Shown here one piece after another: positions 1-14,229 of a DNA stretch of 64,000 nt. Position 1 is the first letter of the stretch, and every line of letters begins with the position of its first letter. The stretch spans positions 186,001-250,000 of the forward strand of contig NW_020844518.1 in the NCBI RefSeq assembly GCF_003704095.1, given 5' to 3'. Below the pieces are notes generated by a model. The model saw only the letters and a program-made list of their open reading frames with translations, was not told the origin of the DNA and did no database searches. The stretch comes from Pocillopora damicornis (Eukaryota). The translations under genes were made by a program, and so were the position numbers.

Positions 1-521
1 GATGGGAGCCTGACCCCTCCCTACCATTTTCAAACCAAAACTGTCAGGCAAACCTGAGTGCTATGTTACTATTGCTGTCAAACATTTGTTTATCATACAG
101 ACTGCAGCACCCATCATTTACCCATGCTACCCCCCTAGGGTTATTATCACAAAGGCCTCATTTGGGGTCCTTTCACAGCAAGAGATGACAGATAAATACA
201 TCACAGACAGCAATAGACATCAGACAAGAAACACAAAGTGCTTGTTTCTATTCGCCATGCAGTTACAGTATTCCTATAAACTCCAAGTCAAAGCTTTAAC
301 CCATGCTATTTTTCTATGTAGTAATACTGTTAAATCATTCATCATGATCAAAGAGATGAAGGAAATCTGATGATTGTGAAACTAAGAATCTTTGTTTGTT
401 TAACAAGTTCTTCTTGTCAGCACCAAAAGAAATATAAGGAGAAGACTATCAAGAGAATATGGATACTGATCTTAAGGTGTTAATTAATCATTAAAATGTA
501 CTTAGTTACTTTTGTGGGTAC

Positions 522-3500
522 CTGCTTTTACTGCCGAAACAGTGATCTCGAATCCCTTGTATGTATGTAAGCTATCACTCTGGAACTCAATGTACATTCC
601 ATTTTCAGTTGAATAAATAACCTCAGGGTAAATGGTATCACAGTATTTTCCAATAACATCACCACCAGATGAGTCACCATCCGAAAATGTCAGACTATCA
701 AATGGGCAGTCTCCTGATCCAGTGTTATATTGTAGATCAAATTCATTGAAGGTTGCTTTTATAATAAGGCCAGCATCTGAAGTACTTACTCGCCAGATGC
801 ATTTCTTATCATTGTCATAGTCAAGAGGAAAGTTGGGACTTGTTATAATTGTTCTCACAGATTCTGAAACTGTAACTCCAGTACCATACCATCCATCACA
901 GGCTATCATGATTAAAAAAACAAAAAAACAAAACAAAACAAAACAAAATTGATCATGTAAATCAGTTTCAAAAAATATACTATGCAAGCCTAGGGTAATA
1001 TTATAAACAAAAATTCACCAAATTAAGTGGTGGCCATTTGCCACCAACACTGAGGTGAAAAGTTGTATTATTATATACTAAAATAGTAAGTTAGTATAAC
1101 ACAAAAAGATGATTTTTACTCATTCAGTAACAACTGAATTACAATGTTTTCAGGCCCAAATCCCACACATGTTGTACCAAAGTGAACAGCAAAGGTTATT
1201 TTGAGTATGATTAGCCAATCAAAGTGTGCCTTCAAAGCTACCCACTGTGTGAGTATTTAACATACTAAATACTCATACTATTACAATTGGCCAGTAGACT
1301 AATAATTCAACCTAAGTACCCTTTAATTCAATGAAGTGATTTATAAAAATAAAACTGCTTTCTGACAAATAGTGGAATGAAAAGTAGCCTTCACCTGGTA
1401 CAAAAATATGCTCCAAAATATCTCATTGCAGTATAAAAATTGATGGATATATAGAGGGGATACACCTGGATATTTACCAATTTTAGCTGGGGCATAATGA
1501 GTCATTACTGAGACCTTTGAATCAATTCTATATCAGCAAAAATAAATAATGGGTATGATAATGGTTCATTATCCAACAAAGAGAGATAAAAGGAGACAAC
1601 CTTTTCAGCCAAAATGTGTATGTCTGGTATTAAACATCAAATTCTATGAACTTACAAAAAAGTATACAACAACATCATGCACTACCAGGGAAAGTTGCTG
1701 ATCAGATATTTGGAGAAGAAAGGGTAATAGCATGTTTAAAATTAGAATATAAACTGAATAAAAAAAGATTTTGGCAAAAACTTCTATTACAGAAGTTGAA
1801 ACCATTAAAAATTGTAAATTTTGTAATAAACAGATTTTAAATTTCAATCCTTTAGCTCCTAAGAGTGACTTGCATGTTATTTCTCCTTACCATATCACCC
1901 CTGAATCAAACATGAAAGTTATGAGAAGAGAGGAGATGATCACCAACTAAAGCAGCTCTTGATTGTTACACAAATTCTCCTTATCAGCCTCTTTGGAAAT
2001 TTATGGAGAACAGTGTGGAGAATATACACACTGATGTTTGGTGCAAAGGGTTAAGGTTGAATTACAAACTAAACCTAACTTAACCGTTTAACTTCCAAGA
2101 TCTGATTGTCAACTCTTTTCTCTGGCTGCCTAACATTTCCTTGAGGATTAGTTATGAGAAGTTGGTACTAAATCAAGATAACAACCTCTACTTTATAAGT
2201 TTGAATATTCTCATTACCAGATGTTTGCTGAATAATTGGATATCATAAGGAGAAGTTACATGTTAATCACTTCTGGGGGTTAAAGGGATATAAAAGGGAA
2301 TGGTTTCACCTCGTTACAATTAGAGAGGAGATCAGGGGATGATTGGATGGAAAAATGGTCAATTTTATTAAAAATGTTCCACATACAGAAGATTAACTCA
2401 CCAGAATCCTGAGTAAATACACCATGCATGGATAAGAAAATCAACACCAAAGCTGTAGAACAGAAATTATTTAAAAACAATGGTTAATTAGTTAGAAAAA
2501 AAATATATTCATTTGTTTATTGTCTAATGTATAATGTAGAATTAACGGCAGTTTCACTGCAAAAAAACATCCATGCAGGCATCCAAACCCACTTGTATTT
2601 CTATCAAAAGTGTTGAGTATTAACCAGTGATTAAAGTAAATCAACATTGGTAAATTTATCCAACACACTGCTATCAGTTAGTGAACAAACACTAAAATAT
2701 GTGAGTAGAATTATAGCCTAAGAGAGCAAGCCACCATTATTACTGCTGAGTGACTTGGGTTTCTCCTTCTGCAGGAAGATTGGACATGATTTGGAGAGAG
2801 GTTTGCCAGGATTCAGGCAATTTATCTCAACCCATTGTGAACTCTGTGCTGGTTCTCATTGCTCAAGGCTGTATATATACACATTCCACAGGCAACATAG
2901 TGCCAAAGTGCTGACTATGAGTGACTATTTGCAAGCTAGCAGAATAACATTAAAATGTTCCAAGCAAATTAAATGCCCTAGGAATTAAACTAAAATGCTC
3001 CAAGCAAGACTTTAACAGTACATGATCCTAAATTTTTGTTATATAGGCTAGAATGCTAAAAGCCTATTTTAATTTATTTGCGTAGGACAACATTTCTTTT
3101 TAAATCATTTGTTAAGAGAGAGGTTTTAATGTGTCCCAATCCATGATTCTGAAAAAAATATCATAATTGCTATGTAAGCATCATGAGAGCAGCTCTGAAA
3201 CTCCTTTTAGTTCTAATAATTATGTTCACAGTACTTTTATAATAACCCTTTAACTCTCAAGATCTCATTAGTAATTCTCCTTACTGTCTCCCATACAGTT
3301 CTTGTGATGTTTGTTTGGAAAATTTGGTATTGGATCAACTAATATTCCCTTAATTTATATTTTTCTTTATTCTTATCACTTGTCTGCTTGATATTGTATT
3401 GATATTGTAAGGAGAAATTCTGTCTTGGTCACTCATGGGAGTTAAAGGGTTAACTGACCCTGATGCAGAAGAGGATGTTGGAAGCCTGAGTACCTTGACC

Positions 3501-4729
3501 TAACCCTTTAACCCTTGAGGGCGACCGTGAGCACCTAATTTTTCACCAGGGTAGTTATTATTATCAATTGAGTCAATTGATAACGTAAATTGGCCTCTGT
3601 AAAGAGTTTAAAAGCTGAGTTTTGGCTTCTAAACTCTTACAGTGGCCAATTTACCAAATCAAGTCAATTGATAATATTTAATTATCCTGTTATTCTCTCC
3701 CACCAACACAGCACCAAAGTTTCTTTAGAAATTTATGCCCCTTAATTTCTCACCAGTTATTAGGTATTCACTCCAGAATCAAAAATCAATTATAGGCTTG
3801 TAAGAATTGAGGAAATCATGGTACACTTGAAATTAAAGTTCTCCTTATTTTTTCCAGAATTTTTACAAGAATTCTTCTTGTAATTGCCATAGGAAATGTA
3901 TAAAGAAAAGTGCAGAGAATTAAAAAATGCAGATCTTAGGGTGTAAAGGGTTAGATGATGGTAATTAAAAGCAATTAATTCACCTGAGGACTGTATTAGA
4001 TGAAAATCAATAAATACATTTATCAAAGAGCCATTGATAGAAAACAAAATGCAAATATATAAATAATAGTCAGTGAATAAGCTATGAAACACTGGTTGTA
4101 GAATCTCTTTTTACGAGAAAAGATTATTTCTCAGGAAAATAATTTAAGGCTTGGCTTCTCCGCCTCTGCTTCCCTGCTACAATTATAGCCTCAGGCTTTA
4201 AATGGTCTGCTCTGATCGTTTGAAACAATTTAATAAGGAGCTTCTGCATGTTGCACATCTGACAGTATCGAATGGCCAACTATCAAATATCTGTCAGTGT
4301 TTCAATCCAACGCCAGATTTCACCTTTACGAAACCTGTTACAAAATTGATACGTTTTTTTTTCAAATATAATTGTATATGCTTGCAACTGATCGGCAGGT
4401 AACGAAAATTCACAATTGACAGCCAATTTGCAGTCTGCTAAACACCCTGTGTTGGATTTCACAGTAATATTTTAAAATAAATTTCATTTCGGTTTCCAAT
4501 GGTAAGCTAGTTTTCAACCACTGCACGGAAGACTGTTGTACCCATGCTAACACAAGCTATCAGCTGTCAACCGAATTCAGCGTGGGGCTGAAGAACACAC
4601 CCGGAGTCACGAAGTATTAACACATGCACTGAACACATAACAGACGAATGGAGCACTTCGTAACATGCTAAGAGACAAGATAGAAAACTTACCCAAAATG
4701 TGGCTGGCCGTGACGGCTTCCATACCCAT
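522..4729 (-). CDS. CUB-domain receptor paralog A, 5' part (continues beyond left window edge)
   Basis: Exons 4693-4729 (MGMEAVTASHIL), 2402-2452 (ALVLIFLSMHGVFTQDS) and 522-902 (CUB: ITSPNFPLDYDNDKKCIW...FDLQ...CPFDSL...GKYCD...FQSD...KGF). All GT-AG and phase 1-1; signal peptide is split over two exons as in paralogs B and C. Confidence 0.85.
1846..2287. mobile_element. Two adjacent diverged copies of the TTAA MITE family
   Basis: 1846-2054 resembles 5995-6206; 2080-2287 resembles 35510-35720 in reverse and 62129-62335. Confidence 0.7.
3243..3453. mobile_element. ~210-bp MITE, TTAA-flanked, piggyBac-like ends
   Basis: TAACCCTTTAACTCTCA...TGGGAGTTAAAGGGTTAA terminal inverted repeats; closely similar to 23079-23290 and 36282-36488. 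Confidence 0.85.
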
Positions 4730-5994
4730 AGATTTGATTATTTCGAGAGAATCAGCACTTCATATGCCCTGTTTACGCACCGATGTTGTAAGGATTCTAA
4801 AGGAACTGGGAACGAAAGAATTGGCCTGCAATGCATAATTATAAGCTTGGCTAAATCTACATATCATTGAAGATAGTGAGCGCTTCAGTCAAAAACATCA
4901 CACTTAACATTCTGTTCCTTTAACTTCGCAGGTGCTCCTACCGATTCATTGTTTGTCGTATACGATTTTCATTAAAGCTTGACAGAGGATTGGCTACATT
5001 CTCCGCTCCAACAAGCCTTCATCGCTCTGATCTCTCTCGTCATAACTACCATACCTCTGATAGGCGCTGGAGACCCTTGTAATTTCTGATGCACAGAAGA
5101 ATGGTCACAAATAAAATAATGCCTGAAAGTTACTCAAAATATTGAAAAGTTTTCGCTATAAATTTTGCTAGTATGCAAAATGCAATCCTTTATTTGATAT
5201 TCAAGCTCAAAGGAACTTTGATAAGTATAGAATTTCTTGATACAGCAATTTTTTGCATCTAAGAAGTAGGATATAGTAAACGGCTAGTCAAACAAAAGGC
5301 CAAATAACCCTCTATGCCGGAATAATCTCAGTACAATATAATACCACGAAATTTAACCTTCCACATTTTTCCCTCCTGTGCAACTGAATAACAACAATAG
5401 GGACGACGACGAGGGATCCTAAGTGGTAGATGAACAAAAAATTATGTTGAGAATTCAGCAATTTATTTATTTATTTGGTATTCCTTTCAAGGAAGCTGGC
5501 GCTCTTGACTGCTGTCTGGGAGTTGGGAGCTACAGAACCGCGAAAACAGACAGACGACGTAAAGAGGGGCCTGGGAGAGGACAGGGAGCAAGTCTGTGAA
5601 TCTTGGTTAAAATTTTCATCAAACTTCGAAAATACCGCCGTTACGCAAGCTAAGAGAAACATATTATTCATTACGTTTACTCCCTTTCGAGTTACAACTC
5701 TCTTATTTAACGGCTTCAGTTAATGGAGGCATTGCTTTAATTTCTGGTAAGTATTCGTGTAGTTTATTTTGATTAACCTTTTCAGTTATAACAATATGTG
5801 TTAATGCTATCGTCTATATTAATTTTATCTTACAAGTTATGAATTTCGAAAGACACAAAATCAGATGATATTGTACAATCCTGTCGTCATGCCGAGGAAT
5901 GCAGGCTTTTGAACCAGCGGTTTTGTTCTTACCGCATTTTGACGTCATCTGTAAGCTGTGAATGAACAGAAGCACGACAAATAGCATCTATTTG

Positions 5995-6206
5995 TTAACC
6001 CTTTGACCCCTAAGAGTGACCAACATCTAATTTCTCCTCACAATATCACCCCTGAATCACACATTAAGGTCATGAGAATCAAGGAAATGATCACCGACTA
6101 AAGACTCTCTCGATTGTTAAACGAATTCTCCTTGTCGGCACCTTAGGAAATGTAAAGAGGACAGTATGGAGATTATACATATTAATATTAGGGTGTTAAG
6201 GGTTAA
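5995..6206. mobile_element. TTAA MITE copy
   Basis: TTAACCCTTTGACCCCTAA...TTAGGGTGTTAAGGGTTAA. Confidence 0.8.
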
Positions 6207-6665
6207 ATATCATGGAAATATGCTGACGTTCTGACTAAATATTTATACAGTATCTGTACAGTTTTAACTGTTGTTTAAATTTTAAAAAATTTAAATTCAC
6301 GTGGAAATAGGGTACATCATCATACACTATTACACAACTTATGGACTGTAATAAAGTGTGTGATTGACGCTGCAAAATGTTTTTTTTTTTTGCCTGGCAC
6401 AGTTACAGTTTTCCTGTGAGAGGTTACGGTGGAGCTTCCTTTCTCCAAGGTTAAGTGGTGGTTTTGTATCAGATTTTGGTACACTGAGGCAAGCCGATAA
6501 TCATTTGACGGAGCTGGAGCAAAATCTACGGATGGTCTCTGTAATGAAGGGGAGTGTTAACCGAGCAATCCTGACTGTAAGGGAGGGGAGACTTCAGCAG
6601 TAACTTTTTACAATGAATTCTCGCATTGTCTTTTCGTTTTTGTTGCTCTTCCAGATACACAGCAC

Positions 6666-9600
6666 TCAGACAATCATCACAGCAGCTAGAACAATTGTAC
6701 TAACTGTGCAGGCGATAGCCTTGAACGTCGAGGAACCTAAAGACAGAAATCAAGAGAACAGGCATTTAGCTGAGCTCATTCCAAGAGAGACGTCGTCTAC
6801 TTTTAATCTAATTTACAGCCCAGTAAGAATTTCACCTAAGGAACCTGTCATTATTTAATACCTAGGGAAGGGGGGCATCGACGGATTTTGGGGATCACAT
6901 AGTTAAAATAGTTTTCAGGGATAATGGAAGGGGGATCGGTCGTCGCGAAGATAGTATAAAGGGAAGGCTTAGGAAAATTGACTGCCAATGAGAGAGGTAT
7001 TTATAAGAATGCTAAAGACCATAAAGGGGGGTGGGGTGGGGGGAGAATGGACCGGTAAATTATAAGGCAACGCAACCGAAATCCTCCAATTCCCCTCCTC
7101 GGCACTGCTGAATAAAAATATCCAGCCCCGAAAGTCAGTTAAACGTACCTCTGGAAGTTTCTCTAAACGTGGCCTTAAAACCTTTGTAATACGCAGCTGA
7201 AGCGTCTGATCTGAATATGACCCTCATGTACCGTTCGCTTGACTGAATGTCCTCTGGTTTTTCTTTACCACAGAATCTTCCTTTGCTCGCGCTGCTCCTG
7301 TCCTTTCCATCTAGGATTTCTACATAATCTTTAGTGCATGGCTGGCCAAAGCTGGGTTGCAATTCAAACATGTCAAAGCTGAGTTTCACAACTTTTCCAT
7401 CTCGCACAGTGATTAGCCAATCGCAGCTCATATCTGGGGGGTAAGCTGAATTCTTCTCTGGACTTCTAAGAGTTCCATTTGAACCAGTTAATTTAAGGTT
7501 GTTATTGTTAACGTTTCCACGATAACATAGTTCTTTAGAGTAAGCATCAGGAGCTATGAAAAAGGGATAAACAACGAGTTAATTTATCATCGTTTTAAGG
7601 TTTTTTCAGTAACTGTGGCAACTGAAACCGTTACCTTCTTCATTTTCTGCGTTTATTATCTGCACTATCGTGACCGGTATCGTTAATGTTATCGTTACCG
7701 TTATCGTTACTGTTATGGGCCGTGAACCTTACAAAAAGGAAGGGTTGGTTTCACACGTAAATATAGATTTACTATTGTTTATCTATTTCTTATAACGAAT
7801 ATACTGCTGTAATAGAGCTGCCTTTTAGTCGGAAATCACGCTCATTTGGATCAATGTCAGTATCCGAATAAATGCGTACCTACCCCTCCCATAACCCACC
7901 GAAAAGTTAAACGATTACAAGTACGGGTAAATGTTGGGTTAGGGGAGGGGTAAGTGTGCAGTTGCTCAGATACTGACATTGATCTTCTCATCTCGACATA
8001 AGCGACAAATTACTTACAGGCGTCTACAGATTGGTAACGGGCCTTGAAGCCTTTCGAGGCAAGTCGACTTAACTGACTGAGTCTTAAGGCGGCAAACGTG
8101 ACCCGCATATAATTTCCTGTGGAATAAACATCGTATATATTTCCCAAAATCGGCTGGTGCCATCCACAAAACAGAGCAAGCTCTTTGCTATCTTCCATTC
8201 GCCCATCTCGTATGCGCACATAATCTGTTGAATCCCTATTTTCGCAAATAACATCAACTTTTAATCCTAGGTTAAAGTCTTCAAATGCCAACTTCACTCT
8301 CCGTCCAGCAGGAACGGAGATCACCCAAGTGCACTGGACACCCATTGGGTAAAGAACAGGGTAATCTGGGGTAAAGAATGTACCAGATGACCCACCAAGC
8401 TCAAGGACTTTATCTCGTCTGTCTGTCCTACGACAAATACCAGCGGCTTCCTCTAAATGGAATAAAGACGACACAGACATGAATTACCATTCCAGGGATA
8501 AAATGTAGTACTGAACCGTCGATGAACCTCGCACTCCAGTTTGAAATCTATCGTATAAGTTACAAATCTATCGTTTAAATTACAAATGATAATGACGCAT
8601 TTTTAGAGCACATTTTCCATGCGAACAAGCTTTAATGCGCTTTACAACACTTTGCAGAAGACTTAAACGAGACTGCATTAAGTAGTTAACAATGTTGAAA
8701 GGAAATTTTACAGGTGCCCCCAATTTAGGGATTTTTTCAAAGGGAAACAAGGCCAGACCACAACACTGGAAATAGCATTCCCTACTCTTTGCGTGAAGTG
8801 CGTGGGTTCTTTAACGTCCTTAGCCAACCAGTACAGAGAAGATGCAGGGGACGACGCCTACGGTTTATTTTCGTTATTCGATAGGACTGGAACGTCTAGC
8901 CGATCGCAGATTTCATAGCAAAGGCAGCACGAAAACCTCAACCTCCGGCAAGGCATTGTGGTGCTCTACAACCTGAACTAACCTGGCGGCGTATAAGTTT
9001 GTTGCATTTCTTTTCTTTTCCTTCCCATTCTTTCCTTTCATTTCCCTTCCTTCCCTTTACTTTTCTATAATTTACTTTACTTTCCTTTACTCTTCTTTAA
9101 TGTGCTTTTAATTACTTTTCTTCTTTTTCCTTTCTCCTTTTCTTTTTCCTCTTTTCTTTTTTCTCTTCCTTTCGTTTTTCTCTTTTCCTTCCTTTTTTCA
9201 GTTTTCACTCCTTTTTTCCCGTATGTATGGACATAAAGGGAAGTCTAGGTGCACTACAATAAACAAGACGAGTAATTATTGACATACCTTCCAAAACAGC
9301 CGAAACATTGAAACTGAATCCCCTGTCGGAATAACGTCCATCTGACTGGAACTTGACGTACAAGAGCTGTCCAGTAGAATAAACAACCTCGGGAGGTACT
9401 TCTCCACAATATGATCCAAGAAGATTAGACAGACTAGTGGTGTTACCATCATAGAACTCAAGTTTGTCTTCACAAACAGGATACCCGCCTTGTACTAAAT
9501 GAAGGCTATTGAATGTCACCTTCAATATAAAACCAACGGATGGAAGATCACTGACAACTTCAATTAACCAATTACATTCCAAGTTATTAGTGTAATTCAT

Positions 9601-12600
9601 AGGGTAATTGCGACTCGTGATAGTTGTATTGTGCCATCTGGAAGCATTGACTCTTTGCGGAATAATGGAACAACCTGGAAAAAAGGTTGATTATAACTTT
9701 TTAATATCACCATTGCGCAGTGGTATTACAAATCGATATTCCTATCCTTGCAGTTTGCAGGAAGTTTGTCACCATGAACATGGTTAAATGGCTTCGTTTG
9801 CTACGAGTCTCCAAAAGCTCACTGGTTGAGCGTTCGAAGTACTGATTGGAATTCGCTGGTCTAACTCCTATTGAAGTTCTTTTCCTCCGAGTCTCTCTAC
9901 CATTTATTGAAGAAAATAATCTTTCAACTTTTTAATGAGCTACTTGCAGAATAACTTAATTTCGGGTGTTCGACTGAAAACAATTGCATTGCACTCTTTG
10001 CTTCAAAAAGCAAGGTTTGCTTGTGTGACACTTTCCTGGCAATACTTGTTCAAGGATTTCTGTACTTAACCAGCTATAAGACGGGTGATATGATTATTTC
10101 CGGAAGGATTTGTCTTGGATTAATTGTTTAGCTCTTTTCCTGTTTATAAAATTGATGCTGATTATCAGAAATAAATGTTCCAACTTACTGTTATTCTGTG
10201 CAAATGAACCCAATAAGAACCAGGAAAGCGTCAATAAAACATAAACTGCAATAAAAACAGAAACTCAAAAATATTGTTAGGGTCAAATCTCAGGTCATGT
10301 ACAATGGCAATACACAAGTAAAAAAATAGTAATTTGATAAAATAATAATAATAGATAATATTTTAGGTAGCCTGTCCGCAGGTCGTCATGATTAGCGCTG
10401 CAAGACGCGGGTCTTACTCAGGCGATGTAGACGCTTTGGAATTCCAGCCAATCACAGCTGAGCAGAATTGTTTGTAAGGTAACGTTTACCTGCAGTCGAC
10501 CATATCGCCTAAGTGAGACTCGCCGTAAGCAGTCGAAACGTTGCGATGCATAGTCAGAAGTAACTTCATTGCGAGACAAACGATTACATTTTCAGTTACT
10601 CTCTTTTTCTTGAGGGTTCATAGGCATATGGCCTATTTGAGGGAATCGAAAACTCGTGATTGATGACTTAGTGGTGTCTTATCGATCATTTCATCGAAAA
10701 TGTTCAATCACGAAACTGCTTTCTTTGTGTAATTAAACAACTACCATGTCATTGAGTTGAAAACAGAAAGTCGTAGCAGAAAAATTAACTTCAATTTCTA
10801 CCTTATTTTATCTTACAGGTAAATAAGATTCTCAAGTTAAGGAAATACTAACGCAGTAGGATAACGATGGAAATTTTAGGGGTCACTTGAGATGACAGAC
10901 GGGAAGAGAAAGACAAAATTTAGTGACCCCAATGTACGGAATTTTGAAGGACCTCGGATAACAAAATGTCACACGTTTGAATACCACGTTTATTTGCTTG
11001 ATTTGTAAACCAATTCAGATTTGTTTTATTTTTTAGACAGAATTTCTAATTCAGACAAAACTGAACCAAGCGGTTGCGTGCAAGAAACTTATTTGCATAT
11101 TTCTCAAGACATGTCTCGATCACTTTGGAATAAATTATAGATGTGGCAAATCTGTTGACAGCATTTCATCCAGGGCATGTTGCCTATAATTAGCCAAATT
11201 TTTACGTCGCTTCGATGCTCGATTTTTTTCGTAGCAATGGGATTTAAGGATCGTCTTGATTCCCGTTCATACACGTCGTTTTTCACGTTAAATAATGTTT
11301 TTGTTCACGACGGTTTCTTCGTTTTTTATTACATTTAATAATGTCGATGTCGACTTATTTTTTCCCTTTCTACTGGTAAGCCATNNNNNNNNNNNNNNNN
11401 NNNNNNNNNNNNNNNNNNNNNNNNNNNNNNNNNNNNNNNNNNNNNNNNNNNNNNNNNNNNNNNNNNNNNNNNNNNNNNNNNNNNAGGGTAGAGTGGTGGT
11501 GATTCCGGTTGATATGGGTACTCTGGGGGTGGTGGATAGTTATCAAAGGGTACGGCAGCATAACCAACTGGAGGGTGTTGGTTAGAATATGATGCTAATC
11601 GGAAAGGAGGTTCAACTTCCGGCTGTTGAGGTAGTGTTGGTAAGGTGTCTCACACCTGGTTGTGGGTAACGGGAAACTGAACTAGTAAATGTGGACATAG
11701 GAATACCAGCAGCTGCTGTATGATTTGGTCTCTCCTGTCTGCGTTTTACAAGAATATATATCAGAACATTAAAACAGGCAACTAAGACGACCAAGCTGAC
11801 AGTGACAGCTGTAATAAATACCGAATTTGGAGGAGGAGCAAAATTCCCAACAAAGCAATTGAGATAACAGCCCTATGACAGATAAGGAAATCCCTTAAGT
11901 TGTGAAAAAACTACTCATTCTGAATATATCTATACATATTAACAAGAAATAGATGGATATGTTGAAAAGCAACTTCCCGCGATAACTAGAATTGAATTTT
12001 ACGATCCAAACATTTTTGACAACTTAATTGTTCCAGCAAGCGAATGAAAAAAAAAAATGTTTGATCTTCACTTGGCGTACGTATTGTAGCAAAAGAAAAA
12101 TTTCTTTCTGACCTTGTTATAACTAAGCGCCTTCCGAGGTTAGAGCCTCAGCTTTCTAAGGGATATTACTGACTAAGAGACAAGATTAAGCTACTTATTT
12201 GTTTTTTCCTCTGCCTTGTAAGTGGCCGTGAAACCATTGTAAGCATTCTCACAATTCAATCCGCTGAAATGATGTGCGGACTATGCGATTACGGCGGAAA
12301 ACCCATAATATTCATCAGCATGTACTAAAACAATGGATAGCATTGAAGGTGTTTTCTGCCGATTTTATTGTGGGGATTGCGCAGCTTGATAACTGTTACA
12401 ACCATAGAACTGTCCCCAAACTTACCACCAAGTCCATATGCAGTTCCTGGTATCCGGGAAGCAAATATAAAAACTGTAAAAGAAAATTATGGAAAAGGTA
12501 CGGCTAATAAAAAAAAAAATTGATTGGTCGAACTGTAGGCAGGGAATTCGGACATAACCAAATACTTCAGACTTGTGCAACACTTAGTCAAATTAAAACT

Positions 12601-13872
12601 AATTAGGGGAAACTCTCTAACGGATAAATAAAGGTACTACAATTATTAACATTAATTGTTTTTTTATGCAAAACTGCAACTGAAAAAAAAAACAAAAAAA
12701 AAACAAACTATCTAGATACGTCCGATGAATCATTAGACAAAAAAGTAGTCGGAACTAAATCAGACAAACTCCTGCAGCGTCAACTATAAATCTAAAATCG
12801 CCTAAGATTTCATTTTTTTTTTGAAAATGCGTTTTAGAGTCTTATGAGACTGATATAAATAGACCTCAAAATCTTAATGGAGACTGCTTAAACTGAAGCG
12901 TATTTGTTACATATTAGAGCTGATCAAAAGTTTATAGATCGTACTTAACTTTTCCCGTTTTAAATCAACTTATTGTATTTTCGATCAGTTCATCAAATTG
13001 TTTGCTTCACCCAACCCTCAGTCCATAATTTCAAGGTTATTCAATTGATTGCGATTACTCTGTCACTACGATGTTCAATATGAAAAGAAGATATATTCAC
13101 TGGGAAAAAATGAGGGGCAGGGGGCCTGGTAGAACTTTTACTTTACTTCCTCTAAAAATCTCTCCTACCACCCCTTCCTTGTCACAAACATCGTGAATAA
13201 ATTCGAAAATTCACAATCGGTGCTGTTATGTTCAATTGACTATAATACAAAAGATCCAGCCTGGGAGTGTCTATTTAGATTCATACGGTGAAATTTTCCT
13301 GATGTTTACGACACAAATATTAGGTTTGTCTAAAAAAAAAAAGAAAGCTGCGTCGTTTCAACCAAAACATTCAGTTGAATGCACGCTACATTTACATGTT
13401 ATTCTTCAGCTTTTAAAAGTGATTCGAAGGATTAAATATGGATGAAGACTGATGCGATCGAGTTATCGATAAAGTTTCCGAAAATAAACGAAATTATGCC
13501 GTAACTTTGTACCAGATCAATTACGAAATTTGCAAATTTATAAGAGCTATACTCACGTACAACGACGCTCAATCGGTTACGCTAACCATACATAAATATA
13601 GCGAAATCTGCGCAAAACCAAACATCAGTATCATTGTGCTTTTTTCTCACCAATAGTGAGTACTTTAAGGGCTTCAAGTATTTCTCCATTGAGACAAAAA
13701 CTATACTTTTCACTAACACGTAGTTTTCTTCGATATTAATACTTCGAGTTTCATGTAACTTATTTACCATTGGATCACAGCTAAACTAAAATAATCACTC
13801 ACGAAACATTGCGAAATTTGAGGATAGGAAATTCTACTTACCTATGAGAATGATGCATTCCCCAAATGCCAT
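6666..13872 (-). CDS. CUB-domain paralog B: signal peptide, 3 CUB domains, short hydrophobic C-terminus (461 aa as modelled; GPI-anchored or recently pseudogenised)
   Basis: Exons 13842-13872 (MAFGECIILI; assignment uncertain), 10189-10245, 9288-9674 (CUB1), 8018-8452 (CUB2), 7149-7553 (CUB3), 6666-6736 (GSSTFKAIACTVSTIVLAAVMIV-TGA). Phase-1 GT-AG junctions throughout; same exon architecture as paralog C. Confidence 0.8.
7849..7984. mobile_element. Short palindromic MITE (second family)
   Basis: GATCAATGTCAGTATC...GATACTGACATTGATC ends with internal TACCCCTCCC/GGGAGGGGTA; related copies at ~18020-18100 and 56101-56237. Confidence 0.75.
9007..9219. repeat. Polypyrimidine (T/C) low-complexity tract
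   Basis: About 210 bp of TTTC/TTCC-like units in an intron of paralog B. Confidence 0.85.
11370..11838 (-). pseudogene. Orphan TM plus Pro-rich tail pseudo-exon of the CUB receptor family
   Basis: Reads PPPNSVFITAVTVSLVVLVACFNVLIYILVKRRQ...GIPMST, then shifts frame to PQQPEVEPPF...NYPPPPEYPYQPESPPLYP, homologous to the last exon of paralog C. The acceptor reads TTTTG instead of TTTAG. Interrupted by an N gap. Confidence 0.75.
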
Positions 13873-14229
13873 TCAGAATTAGGCGATCTAAACAAACAGT
13901 ATGGATTTTGCGGGTAGAGATCCTGAAATTCTTGGGTACGTAATTAACGTTTTGTGTAAAACACCACAGGACATCCAGCCACTAGATAGCGCTATATCCT
14001 CTACTCTGGATCAAGTTGATTAAGAAACACGGGTCACATATTCGTGTTTCTTGTACGAGGGCGTCGCACGCACACATACTGAGCGAAAAGTTTGGATTCA
14101 CTAGGCTAAAAATTTGATGGAGACGCTGCTAAAATCATCGCCCTCCGTATAATAATCTATTAAACTATCGATCTCCTTTTTGGGTCTGATACACATTTTT
14201 TCAAATTAGATGAGAAGAAATTTAACAGT

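Noticed and set aside
6666-6668. Selenocysteine recoding of the in-frame TGA in paralog B
   Set aside because: Lies in a TM helix with no redox motif, no SECIS seen by eye, and the downstream tail is decayed.
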